DNA from: an uncultured Oscillospiraceae bacterium
Lineage (GTDB): Bacteria > Bacillota > Clostridia > Saccharofermentanales > UBA5734
Length of the DNA stretch: 63,246 nucleotides
Assembly: GCA_964654125.1 (NCBI GenBank)
Contig: CAZZGG010000003.1
Coordinates: forward strand, 1 to 63,246
Direction of reading: 5' to 3'
Below are positions 18,678-27,577 of the stretch, in pieces (position 1 is the first letter of the stretch; each line of letters begins with the position of its first letter). The notes beneath the pieces were generated by a model. It had not been told where the DNA came from and did no database searches. It was given only the letters and a program-made list of their open reading frames with translations. The translations under genes and the position numbers were made by a program.

Positions 18678-20060
18678 ATGAAAAAACCCAATCTATTGTT
18701 TTTTGGCATTGACAGCCTGCGCCGTGATTTCATGAGCATGAACGGCTATAAAAATCTGACCACACCCCACCTGGATAAATACTTGTCTGATGCTCTGGTT
18801 TTCGACAATTGCTTCAGTCCCAGCATTCCGACCACCCCGGGTTATTCTTCAATGTTGACCGGCTTGGACTGTTTTGGCACTAATGTGGTGGCCTTACGCC
18901 ATAAAGGCGATCTGGCCCCGGGCGTCAAGACTTTGCCAGAAGTGCTCAGCGCAAACGGCTACAATACCAGCTGCATTGGCTTTACCGGCAACATTGCTTC
19001 GCGTGGCTTTGACAAGTACATCGATTATGAAGGCTGGGCAGCTGGCGAGGATGGCTACGCCCGCAAGGCGGAAAATATGAATGATGTGGCCATCCCGGAG
19101 CTGGAAAGACTGGCCGGGGAGGATAAACCCTTCTTTTTGTTCATGCGCCACATGGATCCGCACACACCCTATTTGCCGCCCCAGCCTTTCCATGAAATGT
19201 TCTACCAGAAGGATGCCTTTGATCCAGCCAACAAATCCTTACAGGCAGTTTATGACTTTAAGCCCTTCCGGGACTACTTCATTTCCTGGTTCCCGCCCCA
19301 CTGCACTGATAAGGACTTCATTGTCGCCCTCTATGAGGCAGCTGTTGCCTATATGGACACCTGTATCCAGAGCATCCTGAGCAAGCTTGAAGCTTTGGGC
19401 CTGGCTGATAACACTGTGGTCGTCATCACCTCTGACCATGGTGAGACCCTGGACGAGCACGATTGCTGGTTTGACCACCACGGCCTTTATGAACCAACCC
19501 TGACAGTGCCCTTGGCCTTTAAACTGCCCGGCAAAACCAAGCCGGCCCGTTTTCAGGAAAACTGTCAGCTCAAGGACCTAATGCCCACCCTGCTCGACCT
19601 GATGGGTATTGAAACTGATATCGCTTTTGACGGGCGCAATCTCATGGACCTGGCCAGGGATGGCCAGCTGAAGGCTGAAAATGAGTTCTACATCACTGAG
19701 TGCACCTGGATGCGTAAGCATGGCTGGCGCACGCCCAAATGGAAACTGATTGTGGCCCTGGAGCCTGATTTCCATTATAAGGATGAAATTGAGCTTTATG
19801 ATCTGGCTAAGGATCCGCTGGAACTGGAAAATGTGGCCGGGCGCTATCCTGAAGTGGTCGCCCTCCTGCATAAACGCCTGCTTGAGCATGTTGCCCAAAG
19901 GACAGCTGCAGTCGGCCGGCCCAATCCGATGGAGACAAATCTGGACTGGCACGGCAAAGGTAGCGGCCCTTTCAAGTCATCTGATGAAGCTTACAACACC
20001 CTGCATATAGGTGATCCGGATGCGGCCCGCCGCCTGCAGGCAGACAAAAAGAAAAAATAA
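18678..20060 (+). CDS. sulfatase-fold (alkaline-phosphatase superfamily) hydrolase lacking the formylglycine motif
   Basis: 460 aa with GIDSLRRD, HMDPHTPY and ITSDHGE. The position of C/S-x-P-x-R reads T-T-P-G-Y (SSMLTG follows). No signal peptide. Confidence 0.75.
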   Translation: MKKPNLLFFGIDSLRRDFMSMNGYKNLTTPHLDKYLSDALVFDNCFSPSIPTTPGYSSMLTGLDCFGTNVVALRHKGDLAPGVKTLPEVLSANGYNTSCIGFTGNIASRGFDKYIDYEGWAAGEDGYARKAENMNDVAIPELERLAGEDKPFFLFMRHMDPHTPYLPPQPFHEMFYQKDAFDPANKSLQAVYDFKPFRDYFISWFPPHCTDKDFIVALYEAAVAYMDTCIQSILSKLEALGLADNTVVVITSDHGETLDEHDCWFDHHGLYEPTLTVPLAFKLPGKTKPARFQENCQLKDLMPTLLDLMGIETDIAFDGRNLMDLARDGQLKAENEFYITECTWMRKHGWRTPKWKLIVALEPDFHYKDEIELYDLAKDPLELENVAGRYPEVVALLHKRLLEHVAQRTAAVGRPNPMETNLDWHGKGSGPFKSSDEAYNTLHIGDPDAARRLQADKKKK

Positions 20061-20110
20061 CCAAGACAGGCCCGGCTCAGGCCGGGCCTGCCCTGACCAG
20101 GGAGGAAAAC

Positions 20111-21118
20111 ATGAGAGTTTGTGTAATAGGAATGGGACCGATCGGGCATAATCATGCCAGGATCTACCAGTCCATACCGGAAGTTGAACTGGTTGGTGTT
20201 TGCGACAAAATTGCGGAACGGGCCAGCCTGGCTGGTCGCCAGTATGGTGTCCAGTCATATCTTGCTGCGCAAAAGATGCTCGATGAGCTGAAGCCTGACC
20301 TGGTCAGTGTGGCAACCGGCGGCTTTGAGTATGCCTCGGACCATTATGAGCCGACTATGCAGGCCTTGACCGCAGGTGCTCATGTCATGTGCGAAAAACC
20401 GATCAGTAATGACCTGGTCCAGGCAGAAGAAATGGTCCGGACTGCCCGGGATAGAGATCTTTGCCTGGCGGTTGATTTGAACCACCGTTTTACACCGGCT
20501 GCCCGCACAGCGAAAAAATGGCAGCAGGAAGGCCGGCTCGGTGAACTGCTGTTTATTAACATGCATCTTTGGATTGGCAAGTTCGGTGATTTCGAGACAG
20601 AGTTTTATCACTTAAAGGCACTTAATCCGCATAGTGTTGATATAGTTCGCTATTTTGGCGGGGATGTAGCCCGTGTGCAATGCTTTGCCAAAAAAGCCAG
20701 CGGACGCAACCTGTATTCGACCCAGTCAATGAATCTGCTTTTCACTAATGGTACTGTCGGTCATATCACCAGTTCTTATGATATCAAGCGGGGTCACCCG
20801 ATGGAGCGTTGTGAAGTGGCCGGCACAAACGGCCGTTTGGTTGTGGATGACATGTGGCGGGAAGCGACGCTTTATCCTGCGGACGACCTGGTTAAGCAGG
20901 TTTATACCAACCCGGTCTTTGGTGGTTTTACTGGTTTTTTTGACACCTTTGCTGACCGGATCACGGCCTTTGTCCGGCAGATCCTGGCCGGGACCAGACC
21001 GGAAGATATCGATGGCAGCGGCCAGGATGGTCTTGAAGCCAGCCGGGTCATCCATGCGGCGATTGAATCAATCCGCCAAGGAGGCCAGCCGGTGGATGTG
21101 GCCTCGGTGCGACAGTAG
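20111..21118 (+). CDS. Gfo/Idh/MocA-family NAD(P)-dependent oxidoreductase
   Basis: The N-terminal Rossmann motif MRVCVIGMGPIGHNH and the motif CEKPIS are typical of the family. Confidence 0.85.
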   Translation: MRVCVIGMGPIGHNHARIYQSIPEVELVGVCDKIAERASLAGRQYGVQSYLAAQKMLDELKPDLVSVATGGFEYASDHYEPTMQALTAGAHVMCEKPISNDLVQAEEMVRTARDRDLCLAVDLNHRFTPAARTAKKWQQEGRLGELLFINMHLWIGKFGDFETEFYHLKALNPHSVDIVRYFGGDVARVQCFAKKASGRNLYSTQSMNLLFTNGTVGHITSSYDIKRGHPMERCEVAGTNGRLVVDDMWREATLYPADDLVKQVYTNPVFGGFTGFFDTFADRITAFVRQILAGTRPEDIDGSGQDGLEASRVIHAAIESIRQGGQPVDVASVRQ

Positions 21119-21130
21119 GAGTTACCCAGC

Positions 21131-21982
21131 ATGGCTCTTTTGACAAAAACAGAGCAATATTTTACAGATGGCTTTCCCCTGGTTGTCATAAAGAACAGCC
21201 AGCATGCCAAGACAGCCCTGCACCGGCACGAGTTTTATGAACTGGTCTATATCGACCATGGTGTGACCTTGCACAGCCAGGAGGGCCAGGTCCAGATCCT
21301 GACAGCTGGTGATCTCTTCATGGTTTTACCCGGTGAAGTGCACGCTTACATCAGCACCCACAACACCGGCCTTTACAATTGCCTTTTCACCAGCCAGGCT
21401 TTAGCCGGTTTTGAAAAGGAGCTGGCCGATCTAGCTGAGCTGGGCTGGCTTTTGCAGAGCAGGCAGCGGGAAAACTTTGCCCGGGTTAATGCCGGCATGG
21501 CCCAACGCCAACAAATTGCCTTGCTTTTGGAACAAATCAGCTGGGAAAAAGCCAACCAGCCTTTGGGCTGGTCGATCAAGTGCAAGATCTTACTGCTGGA
21601 CCTGCTGCTGGTCTATGCCCGGCTGTGGGGCAGCCAGAAGCAGGAGACAGAAGAGACAGGCACCAAGTTTCGCCAGGTCCTGCAGGCAGTGGCTTATATT
21701 GAGGAAAACTACCGCCAGGAAATAGCAGTTGATGCCATCGCAGCGGCAGCCGGCCTATCAGCAGGTTATCTTTCCCGCCAGTTCAAGCATTTCCTGGGCA
21801 CTTCCCCAGCTGAGTATGCCCGCAACTTCCGCATGGCTAAAGCAGCTGAACTGCTGCGTAAAAATGATGTGAGCATAGCTGAGATAGCCAAAGAGCTGGG
21901 CTTTAGTGATGCGGCTTTATTTTCCCGGCAGTTTCGCCAGGTGACTGGCATATCACCAACAGGCTTTCGTAAAAATATCTAA
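21131..21982 (+). CDS. AraC-family transcriptional regulator (cupin sensor plus HTH)
   Basis: N-terminal cupin-like HRHEFYELVYIDHG and a C-terminal AraC HTH (GYLSRQFKHFLGTSPAEY ... FSRQFRQVTGISP). Confidence 0.85.
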   Translation: MALLTKTEQYFTDGFPLVVIKNSQHAKTALHRHEFYELVYIDHGVTLHSQEGQVQILTAGDLFMVLPGEVHAYISTHNTGLYNCLFTSQALAGFEKELADLAELGWLLQSRQRENFARVNAGMAQRQQIALLLEQISWEKANQPLGWSIKCKILLLDLLLVYARLWGSQKQETEETGTKFRQVLQAVAYIEENYRQEIAVDAIAAAAGLSAGYLSRQFKHFLGTSPAEYARNFRMAKAAELLRKNDVSIAEIAKELGFSDAALFSRQFRQVTGISPTGFRKNI

Positions 21983-22022
21983 AGCGGGCTGGTAGGCCCG
22001 ATGGTTTTGAGGAGGATTTAAC

Positions 22023-23126
22023 ATGGCTTTAAAGATCGCATTGGTCGGTATGGGCGGTATTGGCAACACCCATGCTGATGTCTATCAAAAGGATGAACTG
22101 GCCCAGCTGGTTGCTGTCTGTGATGTCAATCAGGCCAGGGCTGATGCAGCGGGGCAAAAGTACGGTGTGCCGGCCTTTTACTCACTGGGCGGCATGCTCA
22201 AGGCTATGCCGGAGATTGAAATTGTCGACGTAACAACATCCGGATATGAAAACGGCAGCTGGCATTATATCCCTGTCATGGAGGCCTTAGAGGCCAATAA
22301 GCACGTCCTGGTCGAAAAACCGATCTCCAATGATGTGCGCGAAGCGCGCGAAATGGTGCGCCTGGCCGGCCAGAAACAGCTCTATCTGGGCTGTAACCTG
22401 AATCACTATTTCACTGGTCCGGCTGCCCGGGCGACTGAACTTTTGGAACAAGGTAAAGTAGGCGAACCCGTTTATATCATCCACAAGATGGGCTTTAACG
22501 GTGGTGAGGCAGGCTATGCCGGGCCAGGTTCAGAACGCTGGAAACGGCCCTATTCACACTTGAAGGCTTTCCTGGCTCATCCTTTTTCAGTGCTGCGTTA
22601 TTTTGGTGGTGACATCACCCATGTCCAGGCCTATCTCAACAAGCCTGGTGTGCGTAAAACCGCTAATGATCTGATGTATTCAATCAACAGCGTCCATGTC
22701 CGTTTCGAAAACGGCAGCACAGGCTACCTGCTCTCCCAACGCGGCGATGCCATGTTCGGGCTGGGCGGCTGGTGGAGCTTTGAGATGGCAGGCACACGCG
22801 GTACCTTCGTGATTGAAAACTGTGTGGAAAAGCTTTATTACTGGGATGCAGAAAAACCCAAAAACAGTATGGCTTCTCCTGAACCGGATGAAGTGCTGGA
22901 TACAGGGATTGCAGACTTTGGAGCCACTTTCCCCAACCGGATCCATGCTTTCCTGGAAGATGTGACCAACAAGGTTGCCCCGGAATTGCTGCGGGCTTCT
23001 GGGCGTGATGCCCTAGCTACCCTTGAATACACCTTCGCCGCCATCCGTTCTTTTGAAGAAGGTGGCACAGTCGTGCGGCCTGAGCCCCTGCCCAATCTGC
23101 ACGGCGATATCACAAGGCCGATCTAA
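22023..23126 (+). CDS. Gfo/Idh/MocA-family oxidoreductase (second paralogue)
   Basis: IALVGMGGIGNTH Rossmann motif and VEKPIS motif. 367 aa. Confidence 0.85.
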   Translation: MALKIALVGMGGIGNTHADVYQKDELAQLVAVCDVNQARADAAGQKYGVPAFYSLGGMLKAMPEIEIVDVTTSGYENGSWHYIPVMEALEANKHVLVEKPISNDVREAREMVRLAGQKQLYLGCNLNHYFTGPAARATELLEQGKVGEPVYIIHKMGFNGGEAGYAGPGSERWKRPYSHLKAFLAHPFSVLRYFGGDITHVQAYLNKPGVRKTANDLMYSINSVHVRFENGSTGYLLSQRGDAMFGLGGWWSFEMAGTRGTFVIENCVEKLYYWDAEKPKNSMASPEPDEVLDTGIADFGATFPNRIHAFLEDVTNKVAPELLRASGRDALATLEYTFAAIRSFEEGGTVVRPEPLPNLHGDITRPI

Positions 23127-23127
23127 C

Positions 23128-24516
23128 ATGACGAAAAAAAAGCCCAATCTACTTCTGATAGTTGCAGACCAGCAGCGCTGGGACTGTGTCGGGGCAGCCG
23201 GAGCTTATCCGGTCCAGACGCCCAATCTGGACCGGTTGGCTGCGGAAGGAACATTTTTTGAAAAGGCCTTCACTACTATCCCGGTCTGCGGCCCGGCCCG
23301 CCAGGCCATGCTGTCCGGCCTGGCTCCGGACAGCTATGGCGGCTTGTGGAATCAGAACTTCCTGGCCTGTGCCGACCTGCTTCCACAAGACGATTTCTGG
23401 CTGGCCGGCCTGGCCCGGGCTGGCTACAAGAGCAGCCTGATCGGTAAATGGAATGTGGCACAAAACTATCGGCCGGTAGATTTTGGTTATCATAATTATA
23501 TCGACCTGGCCCAGGCCACAGCCAAAGCCCAGGCCGCTTATGCCCAACCGGCCTGGCCGGGTGGCTGGTTCGGCGACCCCAGCCCCTTTGCCCTGGCTGA
23601 CAGCGCCACTCATGTTGCTGCCGGCCTGGCCCTGGAGCAGATTGAGCAAGATTATAAGTCGGACCAGCCCTGGCTGATCCGGCTGGACCTGCCTGATCCC
23701 CATCTGCCCTGCCGGCCCTGCCAACCTTTTGCCAGTATGTATCAGCCACAGGATCTACCGGCCTGGCCCGGCTTTGGTGATGATCTGGCCGATAAACCCT
23801 ATATTCAGCGTCAGCAACTCGTCAACTGGCAGCTCCAAGGCAAGACCTGGCAGGAATGGAGCCGCACCGTGGCGCTTTATCTGGGCATGATCAGCCAGAT
23901 CGACGCGGCTGTCGGCCTGCTTTTGGAAAGGCTCGACCTGCTGGGACTGGCCCAGGACACAATTGTCATCTACACCAGTGACCACGGGGATATGTGTGGT
24001 TCACACGGCATGATTGACAAGCACTATGTCCTTTATGATGATGTGACCCGGGTGCCTTTTCTGCTACGTTATCCAGCCCAGGTGAAGGCTGGCCAGCGGG
24101 CCAGCCAGTATGTCAGCCACCTTGATTTAGGAGCCACTATTGCTGACCTGTGTCAGCTTGATGGTGTCAATCCAGGCCATGGCCAGTCCTTGCTGCCCTT
24201 GCTTAAGGGCAAAACCATGCCGGGTAAAGATCATGCTGTCTGCAGTTCCAACGGCCAGCAGTTTGGCCTTTACAGCCAGCGCTCAATCAGGACAGACGAC
24301 TGGCTTTATGTCTGGAACCTGACTGACACGGATGAACTCTACAGTGTCCAGGCTGATCCGGGCCAAAAAAATAACCTGATCAAAGCTGCAAGTCTGGAGC
24401 TTGAGCTGGCTGCCCTGCGCCGGCAGCTTTATGAAACATTGCTTTCGCGCAATGATCCTTTTGCCCGGACTGACTGGCTGCATGTTCAGCTGCTGCAGGG
24501 TAAGAAATTAACTTAG
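23128..24516 (+). CDS. Cys-type (formylglycine-dependent) sulfatase, cytoplasmic
   Basis: ATG 23128 lies 1 nt after the upstream stop. Canonical C-G-P-A-R-Q-A-M-L-S-G motif (Cys codon at 23287-23289), LLLIVADQQR and YTSDHGD. No signal peptide. Confidence 0.85.
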   Translation: MTKKKPNLLLIVADQQRWDCVGAAGAYPVQTPNLDRLAAEGTFFEKAFTTIPVCGPARQAMLSGLAPDSYGGLWNQNFLACADLLPQDDFWLAGLARAGYKSSLIGKWNVAQNYRPVDFGYHNYIDLAQATAKAQAAYAQPAWPGGWFGDPSPFALADSATHVAAGLALEQIEQDYKSDQPWLIRLDLPDPHLPCRPCQPFASMYQPQDLPAWPGFGDDLADKPYIQRQQLVNWQLQGKTWQEWSRTVALYLGMISQIDAAVGLLLERLDLLGLAQDTIVIYTSDHGDMCGSHGMIDKHYVLYDDVTRVPFLLRYPAQVKAGQRASQYVSHLDLGATIADLCQLDGVNPGHGQSLLPLLKGKTMPGKDHAVCSSNGQQFGLYSQRSIRTDDWLYVWNLTDTDELYSVQADPGQKNNLIKAASLELELAALRRQLYETLLSRNDPFARTDWLHVQLLQGKKLT

Positions 24517-24535
24517 GAAACAAGGGGAGAAAAGA

Positions 24536-25789
24536 ATGAAAAAATTTGCGTTGATCCTTTTGGCAGCAGTGCTGTTATTATCCAGTCTGCTGCTGGCGGG
24601 TTGTGAGACTAAAAAAGAAACTGAACAGGTTGAATTGTCTTTTATCCGGATTGGCAATGATGCTGCAGAGGCCGAATACTGGAAACGGCTGATCAATGAC
24701 TTTAACCAGGCTAATCCCGGCATCCTGGTGACCTATGACGATGCAGCCATCGGCGAACCGATGGAGACCAAGCTGAACTCGCAGTTCAGCGCTGGCCTGG
24801 GACCCGACCTGATCGGCCATGGCATCTTGTCAGTGGCAGCCAGGGTGGAGGCGGGCCATTATCAGCCTGTCACGGAGCTTTTCAATGACTGGGAGGGCAA
24901 AGACGATATCATGCCCAGTGTTCTGGCCAATGGAACTTATAAAGATGAGATTTACGGGCTGGCCTACTCAACCACACCCTTTATTTTCAGCTGGCGCAAG
25001 GACCTGTTTGAAAAGGCCGGGCTTGATCCGGAAAAACCACCGCAAAACTGGCAGGAACTAGCTGATTATGCCCGGCAGTTGACTGAGCATGACCAAAGCG
25101 GCCAGATAACTGTCTCAGGCTTTGCCTTCCCACGTTCAGCTGGTAACTTTGTTGAATTTGACACCCTGGTTTTTGGCAATGGCGGGATGTTTTATGACAA
25201 GCAGGGTAACCCCACCCTGGATACAGTTGATAAAAAGGAAACCCTGGAGTTTTTGACCAGCTTTGTTGATGAAACCAGCCTGCCTTTCAACAGCAATGAG
25301 ACAAATCCTTTCATTGCCGGCACTGCTGCCATGACCCTGATCAACAATGTTGCCCTGACCCCTATGCTGCAAAGTGCAGAATATGCGGGCAAGATAGGCA
25401 TCAGTCTACCGCCTTCCCAAGTGGAGCCAGCCACATTTTGTGGTTGTAATATGCTTTTTGTCGGCGGTGACAGCAAGCACAAAGAAGAAGCCTTCTCCTT
25501 TATAGCCTTTGCCCTCAGCAAGGAGGAAGTCCTGCAAAGAGCCAAAGAACTGGCTATACCAGTCACGCGCCAGTCACAGGTAGCGGCTTTTGTTCAGCTC
25601 GACCCGCTAAATGCAGTGCGGGCTGAGTGTGTGGCCAGGGGGATTGGCATGCCCCGGACCACCTGGTCAACTTCTTTCCAGAAGATCCGCAATGATCTGG
25701 TCCAACAGGTGCTCTACAATAAATTGTCGGTTGACGATGCGCTCAGTCAGGCCCAGCGGGAGCTGGAAGCAGAAATAGCTGCTCCCTAA
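24536..25789 (+). CDS. sugar ABC transporter substrate-binding lipoprotein (family 1)
   Basis: Signal peptide with lipobox LLAGC. 417 aa. Followed by two permease genes. Confidence 0.85.
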   Translation: MKKFALILLAAVLLLSSLLLAGCETKKETEQVELSFIRIGNDAAEAEYWKRLINDFNQANPGILVTYDDAAIGEPMETKLNSQFSAGLGPDLIGHGILSVAARVEAGHYQPVTELFNDWEGKDDIMPSVLANGTYKDEIYGLAYSTTPFIFSWRKDLFEKAGLDPEKPPQNWQELADYARQLTEHDQSGQITVSGFAFPRSAGNFVEFDTLVFGNGGMFYDKQGNPTLDTVDKKETLEFLTSFVDETSLPFNSNETNPFIAGTAAMTLINNVALTPMLQSAEYAGKIGISLPPSQVEPATFCGCNMLFVGGDSKHKEEAFSFIAFALSKEEVLQRAKELAIPVTRQSQVAAFVQLDPLNAVRAECVARGIGMPRTTWSTSFQKIRNDLVQQVLYNKLSVDDALSQAQRELEAEIAAP

Positions 25790-25790
25790 G

Positions 25791-26708
25791 ATGACGGCTC
25801 GGAACAAAGAACAAAGCAAAACAGGTGGCAGGCTGAGCGCTGATGCGCGCTCAGCCTATCTCCTCATTTTGCCCTTTTTCATTTTTTTTGGCATGTTTGT
25901 ACTCTATCCATTGCTGCAAAATTTCCTGACCAGCCTGACCGACCAGAATTTAAGCAGCCGCCAGTTTATCGGTTTGGCTAATTTCCGCCGCCTGGTCCAG
26001 GATCGCAGTTTTATCCGCTCTGTGCAAAACACCTTTATCTATGCCATATTCTCGGTTTTCCCTCTGCTGCTGCTAGGTTTTATTGCAGCCCTTTGTGTTG
26101 CCGGCCAAGGCAAAGCCCGTATGGCTGGACGAACTGTGCTGATTTTCCCCCATGTGCTTTCCATGGTCTCAGTCGCCATGATCTGGCTGTATCTTTTTGA
26201 GCCTGGTTCAGGCTTGCTTAATAAGCTGCTGGCCTTGCTGGGGCTGCCCGGCAGCAACTGGCTTTTTGACGAGCGCCTGGCTCTGCCCTGCCTGATCCTG
26301 GTCAATATCTGGAAAAGCAGCGGCTATGTCATGATGATCTACCTGGCTGCCATCCAGAGTGTCCCGGCCAGCCTGCATGAAGCTGCCCGGGTTGACGGGG
26401 CAGGTCCCTTGGCCCGGATCTGGCATATCACCTTGCCGGCGATCAGGCCGGTCAGTTTCTTTTTGCTGGCCACCTTGTCAATTGAGTGCTTTAAGACCTT
26501 CGAACAGGTGCGCATCATGACCAATGGTGGGCCTGTTGATGCGACAACAACCATCACACATCAGATTTATATGCGGGCTTTCTCCGAATTCAAACTCGGC
26601 TATGCCTCCAGCATGTCAGTGGTCCTGTTTGTTCTGGTCCTGATTATCACTTTACTTAATTTAAAGGTGGGCGGTCAGCTGGACAAAGAGGCGGGGGGCA
26701 GATCATGA
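25791..26708 (+). CDS. sugar ABC transporter permease
   Basis: Multi-TM, with EAA loop HEAARVDGAGPLARIWHITLP. Confidence 0.85.
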   Translation: MTARNKEQSKTGGRLSADARSAYLLILPFFIFFGMFVLYPLLQNFLTSLTDQNLSSRQFIGLANFRRLVQDRSFIRSVQNTFIYAIFSVFPLLLLGFIAALCVAGQGKARMAGRTVLIFPHVLSMVSVAMIWLYLFEPGSGLLNKLLALLGLPGSNWLFDERLALPCLILVNIWKSSGYVMMIYLAAIQSVPASLHEAARVDGAGPLARIWHITLPAIRPVSFFLLATLSIECFKTFEQVRIMTNGGPVDATTTITHQIYMRAFSEFKLGYASSMSVVLFVLVLIITLLNLKVGGQLDKEAGGRS

Positions 26709-27577
26709 AAGAAGCCAGGGCTGTAAAAATTATTGGCGGTGTGGTTTTAGCTCTTTTTGCCCTGGCGGCCGGCTTACCTTTTCTGGTCATGCTCGCGGTA
26801 TCCTTGCAGGACATGAGCCAGATTTATGCGCCAGGCCTAAGCCTCATTCCGCGCCCCTTGCGGCTGGATGTCTACCGCCAGGCTCTGACCAGCGGTCCCT
26901 GGCTGCGCTATATCCTGAACAGCCTTTATGTTGCTGGCCTGGCTACAGCGATCAGCCTGCTCATCAACGCTATGACTGGTTATGCCTTTGCCCGTATCAG
27001 TTTCCCGCTGCGGCATTTTTTATTTATCTTGATTTTGGCCGGCATGATGATACCGGCTGAAGTGACCTTAGTGCCGCTTTTTATCATGATCCGCCATTTC
27101 CCCCTAACCGGCGGCAACAATCTGCTTGGCCGGGGCGGCACCGGACTGGTTGATACCTATGCCGGCCTGGTCCTGCCTTATATTGCCGGCTCTTTCGGGG
27201 TATTCATGTGCCGCCAGTTTTATCTGCTTTTTCCCAAGGAGCTTGATGAAGCGGCTAAAATTGATGGCTGTTCCCGCTTCAAGACTTTCATTTTGATCTA
27301 TCTGCCCTTGTCCAAACCTGTCCTGGGTGCCCTGGCTGTGCTCAAATTCACCGGAGCCTGGAACCAGTACACCTGGCCGCTGGTCATGACCAACACTGGG
27401 CGCGACAAGATAACCACAGTGCAGCTGGCCTTGACTGCTTTTCGCAATGAAGGGGAGATCTTCTGGAATCAGTTGATGGCGGCAACTCTTGTTGCCACAC
27501 TGGTCATTTTGCTGATCTTCTTGTCCCTGCAGCGCTACTTTGTCAGTGGCCTGCTGGCCGGATCGGTCAAAGAATAA
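26705..27577 (+). CDS. sugar ABC transporter permease
   Basis: Multi-TM, with EAA loop DEAAKIDGCSRFKTFILIYLP. ATGA overlap with the upstream gene. Confidence 0.85.
   Translation: MKEARAVKIIGGVVLALFALAAGLPFLVMLAVSLQDMSQIYAPGLSLIPRPLRLDVYRQALTSGPWLRYILNSLYVAGLATAISLLINAMTGYAFARISFPLRHFLFILILAGMMIPAEVTLVPLFIMIRHFPLTGGNNLLGRGGTGLVDTYAGLVLPYIAGSFGVFMCRQFYLLFPKELDEAAKIDGCSRFKTFILIYLPLSKPVLGALAVLKFTGAWNQYTWPLVMTNTGRDKITTVQLALTAFRNEGEIFWNQLMAATLVATLVILLIFLSLQRYFVSGLLAGSVKE

Noticed and set aside
20067-20090. The GC-rich hairpin CAGGCCCGGC-tcag-GCCGGGCCTG between the sulfatase-fold gene and the oxidoreductase gene as a terminator.
   Set aside because: No T-tract follows, and the next gene's RBS comes immediately after. 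It is more likely an intercistronic mRNA-stabilising structure. I did not score it as a terminator.
23023-23127. A 35-codon extension of the second sulfatase ORF.
   Set aside because: It overlaps the 3' end of the upstream oxidoreductase gene. ATG 23128 gives the typical sulfatase start KKPNLLLIVADQ.
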